A stretch of DNA of 48,369 nucleotides from contig MEDY01000221.1 in assembly GCA_001724265.1 (NCBI GenBank), positions 1 through 48,369 on the forward strand, written 5' to 3'. Within the stretch, counting starts at the first letter, position 1. Each line of letters starts with the position of its first letter. A program made the position numbers and the translations under genes. The notes under the pieces are model-generated. The model was not told where the DNA came from, searched no databases, and saw only the letters and a program-made list of their open reading frames with translations. The stretch comes from Rhizaria sp. SCN 62-66 (Eukaryota). Shown here piece by piece: positions 31,101-40,000 of the stretch.

Positions 31101-31702
31101 TCCTCGGCGCCCGGCAGCGCGGGGAACGCGGGCGCGGCCGGCTCGGCGGCGGCGCCGGCCGGGACGCCGCCCGCAGCGTCGTCGGTCATCGCCTGCGCTG
31201 CTGGCGATGTCATTGGCGCGGCGGCCGCGGCGGCGAGCATGGTCTGCGCCGCGGCGGCGAAGGCGGCGGCCATGGCGGGCGAGACAACTGGGCGCGAGTC
31301 GGCGTCAGGCGCACCCAGCGCGGCGGCCGTGGGCGGCGTGTGCGCGCCGCGCCAGCTCTGCGCGAGGGTGGGGGCCGCGCGCAGGCGCACCGCGGCGGCC
31401 ATGGGGCGCTCCTTCGGCGCGGGCCAGTCCGCGAAGCCGATGCGTAGCGCGGCCGAGCCGGGGTTAATGACGACGATCTCGCCGGGCTCGCGCGAGAGCG
31501 CCAGGCGCACGGCGAGCGGCATGGGCCCCTTGCGGCGCTGCTGCTGCTGCAGGATCGAGGCCACGTCCGCGGCAGACGAGTCAGCGCTGAGACGCTGCAC
31601 AGCCTCGCTCAGGTCAGCCGCCGCGCGCGCCTTCGCAGCAGCCGCCTCGGGGTTCTTGAACGGGCGGCCGCGCTTCTTGCGCAGCGGGGCTCCGGGATCC
31701 AT
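28148..31702 (-). CDS. ARP8: Actin-related protein 8 (INO80 complex), 1184 aa
   Basis: IVVINPGSAALRIG; LGFRAAWVHRESAMACLAAGINTACVVDVGAHATRVAC...LAYGGADVT; PLDKAITASI...LLIGGG; C-terminus KDIDPAHLSWRGATVV...WLTRDEWAVSGVKMLRERVAFNW, matching ARP8/ACTR8. Stop TGA. Confidence 0.9.
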   Translation of the reverse strand: MDPGAPLRKKRGRPFKNPEAAAAKARAAADLSEAVQRLSADSSAADVASILQQQQRRKGPMPLAVRLALSREPGEIVVINPGSAALRIGFADWPAPKERPMAAAVRLRAAPTLAQSWRGAHTPPTAAALGAPDADSRPVVSPAMAAAFAAAAQTMLAAAAAAPMTSPAAQAMTDDAAGGVPAGAAAEPAAPAFPALPGAEDARFWLPRGGAFPSARGAPDADLAPAAGAALAADPDVGRWLRARLSARERTAALLEARTERQRAAFLEANPHIEQELQQEQEMQLQQHSGNAEDNSNAVAADSASATSSFSAVAAVAVSELSTAAEAEAALGWAFTDVSAAPAVVTGAAALRIAPHEPYALRLPLRRGRLRDAPPTWAMDALLQRRQEQDIDAENGDGEGEDGWSGPLGAGASMDGASSLALVTRIIDDALQQDLGLSLPPRPLAAPTLTEVAERARAAAGGNAGRGAGARGRGRKRGAAAGTAEAEAEDGDDNDNDGDNDGEDGDGDGDDDDDADADAEAEAKTNSTAAGAGAEAVKTEGSSASAEASASAGSKDSASSASASASASAAAATAAAAASPLSRYAAALVVPDDMPVAHVSRLLDHLLLRLGFRAAWVHRESAMACLAAGINTACVVDVGAHATRVACFHDGAPVPRTALTLAYGGADVTAALLWGLQRTGDADDSADSAASSSSSSSALVPSAGSSASASAQQKGSRAAWVPRPSWLTADWLQANALKERHCRFPSPALFAAARARASAVMLPWAQCPARWCQQEPPAAGPAAGEPFALVAPLPRLAAAAALAPLVLFHPELAHPARALAFPPAPPAVAGLDPALALLPATLAAQCAAPAFTYTAADAGADAMAALSVLGLPPGAQPASLLPTRGRPKKSVQLMLQQQREQRAAAAAAAAAAAEGGIEVELQPSATEDTVTVLDVARDADGGVQVSPRIAPANCELTPAAAVAELALPPPDAALPEPGSVWETEEQAQRSAAAASAAALGVFPFVDATPPPAAACLTAGLPWGVARPENNNENGAVSADSSKNNTTMHFELSPASPVFALAAKTMPLDKAITASILAVPAPELRRRLATQVLLIGGGARVPGFSDEVEERLVNYITGKDVRIEIVNVLCNVKDIDPAHLSWRGATVVCWAEGVRDQWLTRDEWAVSGVKMLRERVAFNWTDDWM

Positions 31703-32171
31703 CGGTCAGCAGTGGGCGGGAAAGTAGTCTCGTTTGGCCTGGTGGAGTGAGGACAGAAAATGACTCGAGGCAAGCGCTAAGAAATTAAGGGCAAGATTTA
31801 AAAGGAATATGTTAGACGAAACTCGCAAATATGTTCGTGCACTGAAATACAAAAGCCATATCGGAGGTCTCACGACACACAGGGTTGTTGATATGACGAC
31901 AATGAGGAAAGCGCTCGCTGACTGGACTGCGATTTTTTCGGTCTTGCCCCCGTCGGTGTCCGTTCGAAGTGTTGTCCAAGTCGCAGGTTCAAATGAGTGA
32001 ATATTTTCGTACTCCTATCGTCGATTGAAAAGTAGATGAGTGGGTTGCGACAAAACGCGCTATTTATAAGCGCAAAACGCATCTCTGATGCTGAGGCTCG
32101 ACGGGCAGCCTCAACTGCAAGTACGTTTTTACTCCTCTCCATCGCCTCTTCTCTAAGTCAGCCGTTATCCT

Positions 32172-33487
32172 ATGTACCACTCGATAGATATCACCATTAG
32201 CTCATCTATCACCCCAACAACATTCTCATTGTTCCTGCCAGTTACATATCTTGACACGACGTCTTCCGAGCCTCCACTTGGCGCGTCGCTGGTCTTCCCG
32301 TCCTCGCCGGCCAAGGGCTCTGCCCCAGCTGGGCCCCGCTTCGGCCCCCCGCCGCCGCCCCACGCGCCGCTGTCATTCCCTTCAACTCCCTCGCGCGCCA
32401 CTGCGGCCTCCACACACACATTCGTTCCCCCCGCGCAGCTTGCGCCGGGATCCACGCTGCTTTCACGCACCTCAGCCCCCTCTGCACCAGCCGTATCTGC
32501 TTCGACCCCCTCAGCCGCTGCTGCGACTGCAGCGACTGCAGCTGTGTCGGCCTCAGCGTCGGCGCTCGATGAGGACTTTCCGGTTGTGCCGGACGCCATG
32601 GCGTTTGTGCTGACGCAGCCCTCGCCCCAGCAGCCTACGCTCGCGCTCGCGCCCCACTCGCACTCAGGACCGCATGCGCTCGCTCACAGTGGGCTTATTC
32701 ATGACTCCGACTCCGCAGGCCCGCCGGGCAGTCTGGCGCCGCCGGCCGTCGGCCCCGCGCATTTGTCTGCGCCGAACGCGTTGCACGGTGCATTGCACGG
32801 TGCGACAACGTACGATGCGGTGTACGGCGCGGCCGGCCGCGCCCCGCGTCTGCGCGCCGCCCGTCTCCGCTCCGGCTCCGGCTCCCCCTCGCCAACGCGC
32901 TCGCCGGCGCGGTCGCCAGCGCGCTCTCCATCTCCGTCGCCGTTACAGTCGCCGTCGCCGTCACCAGCGCCAGTGCCAGGACAGGGACCAGCACTGCGCA
33001 GGCACTCGCAGTCGCTGTCATCGACTTCACCATACCAGCAGCAGCAGCACTCTGCGGCGGCCGTGAGCAACGCGGCGTTGGGCGCGGCCATGGGCGAGGT
33101 GGCCACGGCCGCCACCGCCGCCGCCGCCGCGGCCACGCTTGCCGCCGAGTCCATAACCGGCTCACACCGCCGTCGCAACCACCACAAAAACCTCCACAGC
33201 AACAGCAACAGCAACAGCAACAACAGCAACTGCATCAACGGCGCCGAGGCGAGCGCGGCTGTGCGCGCGGCGCGGTCGAGCGCGTCGGGGCGTGCGCTGG
33301 CGCTGCCCGTGGCCGCGGCCATCGCCGCAGCCGCGGAGGCTGCGCAGGCTGCGCAGGCAGGCGGGGCGGCGCAGCCGGGGCTGGCCGAGGCTGACGTCGT
33401 GTTCAAGAGTGACGACGACGATGGCGGCGATATTGATGACGACATCCGCGACTATGACTACGACGATGAGGACGCAGAGCCGCAGCC

Positions 33488-33537
<50 letters not shown>

Positions 33538-36500
33538 CTCAGCCACAGCAGTCTCGCCCCGGCACGGCCTCCGGCTCAGCCGGCGCTGACTCTGGCTCCC
33601 GAGAGCCTACACTGGGCTCCGGACTGGGCTCTGGTGTGGCGCTGCCGCCGCCGCAGTCGCGCTTTCTGTCCACACGCTCCCGCTCCAGGTCGAGATCGCG
33701 GTCGAGGTCGTCGTCGCCAATGCCGCCCTCCCCCGGCCGCGGCGGCCGCGGCGGCACCGGCGACGACGACGGTGATGACGGCGACGGCGGCTTCACTTCG
33801 TCGCCGCCGACGCGCCGCCGCACGCTCGGCGCCGGCCTCGGCGCCGGTCTCCGCGGCCTCGGCGGCAACAGCGGCAGCGCCGACGCCGCCGCGCACGCCG
33901 CATTCGCCAGCACGCTCATCGAGGGCGTCGGCGGCGCGGAGAGCGGCGGCTACATCGGCGGCGGCGGCGGTGGCCACGGCAGTGGTTTTAGCTTCGGCCG
34001 CTTGTCGCCGCGCACGGGACCACAGTCGCTTGCGACCTCGCTCCTGCTCTCACAGTCGCAGGCGCAGGCTCAGGCGCAGGCACAGGTTCAGGCGCAGGGG
34101 CGGTCGCCGCAGGTAGGCTTTGCGGCGTCCCGGCGGCTGACGCTGCCGCTGTCGCTGCCGCTGTCACTGACGGCGGGTTTTCCCTCGTCCCCGACCTCTG
34201 GCCCCTCGTCCGGCCCCGGCTCCCGCCCCGGCTCCCGCCCCGGCTCGGGCCTGCTGGCGTCCTCAGGCTCGGCGCCGGGCTCCGGCCGCGGCGGCGCGCA
34301 CTTCGCGTCCACGCCCCAGGCCTTTGCCTCCACACCGCAGGCCTTCGCGTCGACCCCGCAGGCCTTTGTGTCCACGCCCAAGGCCTTCGCGTCGACGCCG
34401 CAGGCCCTGTCTTCCGGTGCGAGCGGGCCGCCGGCGTTCGCCTCGACCCCGCTGGCCTTCGCGTCGACGCCGCTGGCGCGCGCGGCGCGGGCGCCCGCGC
34501 ACTCACCGCCGCAGCAGCTGCTGCTACGACCGCTGTCGGGGCGCCTGGGCGCGACCGCCGAGGCCGACGAGGAGGCTGAGGCCGGGGCCGGGGCCGAAGG
34601 CAACAGGGGCGGCAGCGGTGGCGACGGCAGGGACAAGCTGCAGCAGCTTCAGCAGCAGCGGCACACGCAGCATTCGCGGCGCCGCAGCAGCGTGTTTGAC
34701 TACGGGCTCACGGCAGCGCACGCGCGCGACGCCACCGAGGCCGCCGCAGAGGCCGCCGCAGAGACCGCTGCTGCTGCGGCCGCTGCTGCTGCTGCGGCGG
34801 AAAGCGCGGTCATGAGGCCGAAGATCAGCAGCAGACGCAGCAGCGGCAGCGCGAGCCCCAAAAGCGACGGCGACGACAAGGCTGCTGAGTACGACTACAG
34901 CCGCGAGGCGGCGTCGGCGCCCGCGGCGCTGCTGGCGCTGGAGGCGCTCGAGGCCCAGGCCGCGCAGCTGCGGCGGCAGCACTTGCAGCGCGCGGCCCTG
35001 CTCGCGCCCGACGCCGCCAGCGACGGCGACCGCCGCGACGGCGGCGAGCAGACGGGCTCCGCTGCCGACGCGGCCGCTGCGGCGCCCGGGTCCGGGGCTG
35101 GGCTCGACTGCGCTGCAACAGCAACCCATGCTGCGACCGCGACGGGGGACTTGCTGAGTCTGCTGTCGCTGCGGACTGCGGGGCGCGCGCCGGCCGCGGA
35201 GGGCGTTGCGCCCGAGCGCGGCTGCGGCCCCGACGTCTGCCAGTTGCCGGAGCACGCTGCGACGACTGCCGTGGCAGCGACGGGTGCGGCGTCTGCCGCG
35301 GCTCATGTCGCGACGTCTGCGCTGGGAGCCGAGGCCAGGGCCGGGCGGCCGCAGTCGGCGGCGCGCGCGACGCCGGGCCTGCTCTGGCGCCAACAGCAGC
35401 AACAGCAACAGCAGCAGCAGTTGCGGCCAGGCAGCGCGCACGCCGCCTCTGGCGCCGTCGCCGGCCCCGTCACCGCCGCTGTCGTTACTGCAGGCGGCGC
35501 CGGCGTCGGTGCCGGTGTGGAGCAGCAAGGCTACCGCGAGGGCTACAGCCGTGAGGGCCGCGCCGCGCTGCGGGCCGCCACCGCGGTCATGGCCACGGTC
35601 ACCGCAGCCAAGGCGCCATCAGCCACTGCCGCCGGTGCTGCCGCTGGTGCTGGTGCTGCGTCTGCCGCGGCACAGGCCCCGGCTGCGGGGCGCGCGCGGC
35701 CAGTGTCGGCGCACCCGCTGTCCGGGCACGTCGCGTCTGTGCGCACGGCGACCGCGACGACGACAGTGACTGCGGCGACTAAAGCGCGGCCAGTCTCCGC
35801 ACACCCTGCCATGTCCGGCCCCGGCCCCGCCAACACGGCCGCCAAGCTGAGCGATAACGCTGACGCAGTCGACGTCGGCGCTGACGCCGACGCCGACGGC
35901 GGCGCTGATGCCGAGGCCGACGCCGCGGCGGGCGCCGCGTTCGCCGCCGCGGCCGCGTCGAGCGCGCTGGCGCGGCGGCCGCTGACCGCCGTCGCGCGGC
36001 GCCGGCTCCCGCTCGGCCCGCACGGACTCGTCGCGCTCTCCCCCGCGGAGGCGCTTGCGGCGGCTGCGGCCGCGGACAAGGCAGCTGCGCGCAGGGCCGA
36101 GCCGCCGGCTGAGGAACAACAACCTCAGCAGCCGCAGTCGCAGCATTCGCAGTTGCGTGCGCGGCCGCACTCTGCGTTTGCGCGCGCGGGCGGCCGCGCC
36201 ACCGTGGCCGCGACGCTGGCCGCGCTCGACCGCGCCCTCTACGGGCCCGCAACAGCAGCAACAGCTGCAGCAGTGTCAGCATCAGCGCCAGCGCCGGCTG
36301 CCACTGCGACTGCGGGGACTGGGACGGGGTTGAGCGCGGCGCGGCGCGTCGAGGCGCGCGTCGACGCCGCGCTGGCCGCCGCGCTGGCCGCCGCCACCGC
36401 CGCTGCCACGGCCGACGGCTCCGTTAGCGGGATGCCCTATCCTGGTGACAGCGACAGCGGCGCAGCCGAGGGCAGCGGGGGCGGCGACGCGCGCGAGTGG

Positions 36501-37922
36501 GCGCGGCGCGTGCTGACCGGCCGCGCGCGCGCGCGTGCGCGCGTCGACTCGGGGCTCGGTCCGCGCGCGCAGCCGCCGGCGCTGCTGGTCTTCGCTGAGG
36601 CGCGCGCGCAGGCGCAGGCGCGCGCGCAGCTGCAGGCGCAGACGGCCACGCAGCCGCGCCTCGCGCCCATGACGCTCTCGCCCTCGCAGCTGCAGGCGCA
36701 GACGCAGCTGCAAACGCAGGCGCTGTCGGCAGCGACCGCGCAGCTGCAGGAGCAGACGCAGGCGCTGGCGCGCGCTCACGCGCTGGCGCTGGCGCAGACG
36801 CGCGCGCGCGTGCAGAGCCCCGCGCCGCTGCTGCTGCTTGGTGGCCCCGGCTGCGGCGGCGGCGGCAGCGGCGGCGACGGCGACCAGGAGCAACGTTGCG
36901 TCATTGACAGCAAGGCTGACATCAAGGGCCACAGCAAGGGCGGTTACGGCAAGGACTTTGAGTCCGCACCGACTGCCGCGAGGTCCAGCGCCGTCACCAG
37001 CGCCCAGCTCGACGCCGCGCAGCTGCAGCTACAGCTGCAGATGCAGCTCAGGCTGCAGCAGCACGCCGCTTCCAAAGCGGCGGCGACTGTACCTGCGGCG
37101 GCTGCAACGAAGCCGGTGTTGCGGCAGCGGCGGCCGGCGTCTGCGATGCCGCCGCGCTCGGCACTCGCCATTTCGCTGGGCCCCGCCCTCATCCCAGGCA
37201 GCACAAACGCGACGGCAGCTAATGCTGCTGCTGCTTCTGCAAGCGCCACTCCTGTCTCAGTCTCTGCGAGCGCTGCCGGTGCCGCCGTGGCCGGTGCGTG
37301 CGCTCAGCGCCCGCAGTCCGCGTCTGTCTGCGGCAGCGTGGCCCGCGGCAGCTTGGCTATCGGCAGCGCGGCCGTCGCCGCGACCGCCGCGACCGTGCAC
37401 GCAGGCGCAGGCGCAGACGCATGCGCTAATGCCACGACGGGGGGCCGGCCGGTCAGCGCCTCGCTCTGGGGCCCGCGCTCCGCTCTACAACTACAGCAGC
37501 AGAAGCCACGCTCTGTAACTAGCTCGCGCCCCAGCAGCTCCCACGTCCACGCTCACATGGACGCGAGCTCCATCCCGACTCGCGTCGCCGCCGAAGGCCA
37601 CGTTCTCGGCCACGGTTGCTGCCGCTACAACGCCGACACCGACACTGACGCCGCCTCAGTTTCCGTCCCTTTCTCTGTTCCCGCTTCTATCGCCCCTGCC
37701 TGTGCCATAGTGTAGCCCCCGCCCCCGCGCGGCGGCGCGGCGGTGCGCGCGCAGCTGGCGGCGCTGGCTGCGGCGGCGCAGCGCTCCGTGGCGGCCGCGC
37801 TGGCGGCCGACTGCGCGCCTCCTGGCGGGCCCGGCGCCGCGGCGGCCGCGGTCGACCTGCCGCGCGCGGCCGAGGGCACCGAGCGCGCGCTCAGGGGCTT
37901 GCTCGAGCCCGGCAGCGCCAAT

Positions 37923-37953
<31 letters not shown>

Positions 37954-38216
37954 GCGGCTTCAGTGGCGGCAGCGGCCAGGGTAACGTGCGTAGTGCCAAC
38001 GGCAGCAGCGTTAACGCGCATATGCGGCATCCGCAGCCGTCTCACCAGTCGCATCAGCAGCTGCAGCAACTGCAGCAGCAGCAGCAGCTTCAGCAGGCGC
38101 AACAGGCGCAGGCGCAGGCGCACGCGTCGGAACGGCGCGCGCTCCGGTCGGCGCTGCGGGCCGAGCTGGCGGGCGAGTTCGCGGAGCTGCTGCGCGCGGA
38201 GCAGGGCGCGCTGTGA
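32172..38216 (+). CDS. Unknown low-complexity RPxSA-repeat protein; up to 2014 aa if the in-frame TAG at 37713-37715 is decoded (start could instead be the ATG at 32598)
   Basis: ORF 32172..37715 continues in frame through TAG CCC CCG... into ORF 37743..38216 with the same codon style. It ends at TGA, where composition drops to AT-rich. Contains 10 RPx[ST]A motifs and FASTP heptads. Confidence 0.7.
33489..33527 (+). repeat. (CAG)13 polyglutamine tract in the CDS
   Basis: Direct reading of the sequence. Confidence 0.9.
34302..34478 (+). repeat. 21-nt coding repeat, 7 copies of F[AV]STP[QKL]A
   Basis: Five tandem copies at 34302-34406 and two more at 34437-34478, with synonymous divergence. 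Confidence 0.9.
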
Positions 38217-38640
38217 GCGACTGTGAGACTGAGATGACAGGCGCGTGATGCGCGCATGCAACAGGTTACTTTAGATTTTAACAATTGATTACTTGATTAC
38301 ACGACGTTTATTTAGACATGTTTAAGATTATTTAGAATGATATACACAATGTTACATATTGATTTTCATTAATGTTATATTATCCTGATAGTGTTACATT
38401 AGGGTTTGTTGTGTATTAACGCTTCCTGTCACTATTATACTCCACGCCAGCGTGTGACTGAGACAAGAGATCACGCAGAAGTTAGCCCTGGCCCTGGGTC
38501 AGACCTGACACAGAGATAGCGCGCGCAAGAGAGAGAGAGAGAGAGAGAGTAAGCGGGCGCACGGCGCGTGAAGCACAGCGCGAGCGCGCGAGAGAGCGTG
38601 CGCGGGAGAGGCGCACGGGGAGGGACTGGCGATGCAGTGC

Positions 38641-39305
38641 TCACGCGCCGTGAACCTTGACCTCGCCCTTCTCGCAGATCTTGTACTTGATGAGGAACTC
38701 GGCCGAGTCATGGCGACGGTCGCCGAGCAGCTGGATAACCTCGCTCTGGTCCGTCTTGTCGATCAGGATGGTGCCGTTGGTCGAGAACAGCTGCGCGCGC
38801 GCAAGGGAAAGATGCAACAGGGGAAAGGCGGGAAGAAGTGAGCGAAGGACGGGGACGGACGGGACAGAGCGTAGACAAAGAGTAGAGGGAAGGAAAGAAC
38901 AAGGATACAAAGCGTACCTTGCGCATGTACTTGAGGATCTTGCGGAGGTCGATATCGGTGGCTAGGCCGGCGATGGTGGTGAGGGACTTGTGGCCGTTGC
39001 GCTGCTGGCTGCGGATGTGGACGACCGAGCGCTTCGCCACGGGGGCCTGGTTCGACGTCTTGCTGACGGTCATGCTGTTGTCCGCGAAGGCATCTAAAGA
39101 TCAAAAGGAGGATAAGATCCAGAAGAAGATAGATCGGTCAGCGAAGGATGTAGGGAGTCAGATGGCGTCATTGAAGGTGAAAGAGGGCAGCGCGGAGGAA
39201 GTCTGCCGCGAATGGGCGCAAATTGATCAAGCAACGGGATAAGATCCGTAAATACGTACCGAAGTCGGTGTTCGCAAACACAATGTTGTTGGGCTTGAAA
39301 CTCAT
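38641..39305 (-). CDS. SUI1: Translation initiation factor eIF1/SUI1. Exons 39305-39260, 39093-38918 and 38790-38641, 123 aa
   Basis: The spliced product MSFKPNNIVFANTDFDAFADNS...VHIRSQQRNGHKSLTTIAGL...DLRKILKYMRK|LFSTNGTIL...VIQLLGDRR...FL...VKVHGA matches the SUI1 family. Donors G|gtacgt and AAG|gtacgc have consistent phases. Stop TGA. Confidence 0.92.
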
Positions 39306-39516
39306 TTTTTCAAATACTACTGACGTTGATCAGAGCGCACCAATTCCGTCTCAATTTTGCCCTCATCACCCACAGACCGAGCCCAGTCCCGCGGACTGGC
39401 CGGCTTAACTTTCGCCCCAGCCACAAATCAGTTTTGGTACACTGGGCAGCAACAGAGGAGAAACTGACCGCTGATATAAAGCTGTCTGTAACAGAAAGTA
39501 TATTCCGTTATTTTAA
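39306..39516. promoter_or_regulatory. Probable compact bidirectional promoter between eIF1 and the Dpy-30-motif gene
   Basis: Only 211 bp separate the two divergent start codons. Inferred from position; no specific element identified. Confidence 0.5.
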
Positions 39517-39918
39517 ATGTCTGCCCCTGCCGAGGTTTCTACCCGCATTCAGGTACGTTTAACAAAATTTGTATTTCTTAGCTTTTTGTTACACCCTACA
39601 AGTACCCTCTTTCTGCTCTCCTATTCACACTCTACTTCTGGCTTCTCTCTTGCTTTCTTTCGTTCTTCTGCCCTTCTTCAGGTCGAGCGCGCTCAGGACG
39701 AGCTGGCGCGCATCCAGGTGGACCTGCTGGAGCACATGTCGGCCGTGATTGCGGAGCGGCCCGCAAACCCTCTGGCGGCGCTGGCCGAGGAGCTGCTGTC
39801 GGCCTCCTCGGCGCCCGAGGCCGCCGAGCTGCTCAAAGCCGTCGACTGGGGCCAGGCACGCGCGCTGCCTCTCGCCGCCGCCGCCTCCGCCGCCGCACAA
39901 CAGCAGCAGCAACACTGA
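39517..39918 (+). CDS. Small Dpy-30/RIIa dimerisation-docking motif protein. Exons 39517-39552 and 39682-39918, 90 aa
   Basis: Pyrimidine-rich 129-nt intron CAG|gtacgt...cttcttcag|GTC. The motif LLEHMSAVIAERPANPLAALAEELL resembles the Dpy-30 pattern (L..L......RP.DP...LA..L). Stop TGA. Confidence 0.7.
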   Translation: MSAPAEVSTRIQVRLTKFVFLSFLLHPTSTLFLLSYSHSTSGFSLAFFRSSALLQVERAQDELARIQVDLLEHMSAVIAERPANPLAALAEELLSASSAPEAAELLKAVDWGQARALPLAAAASAAAQQQQQH

Positions 39919-40000
39919 GCGCGCCAACGGCCACATAAGCGTATTGCTCGCTTGTCCATCAATTCCTCAGAACGCTCTCACTCGGAGCAATTTCTCTCCC

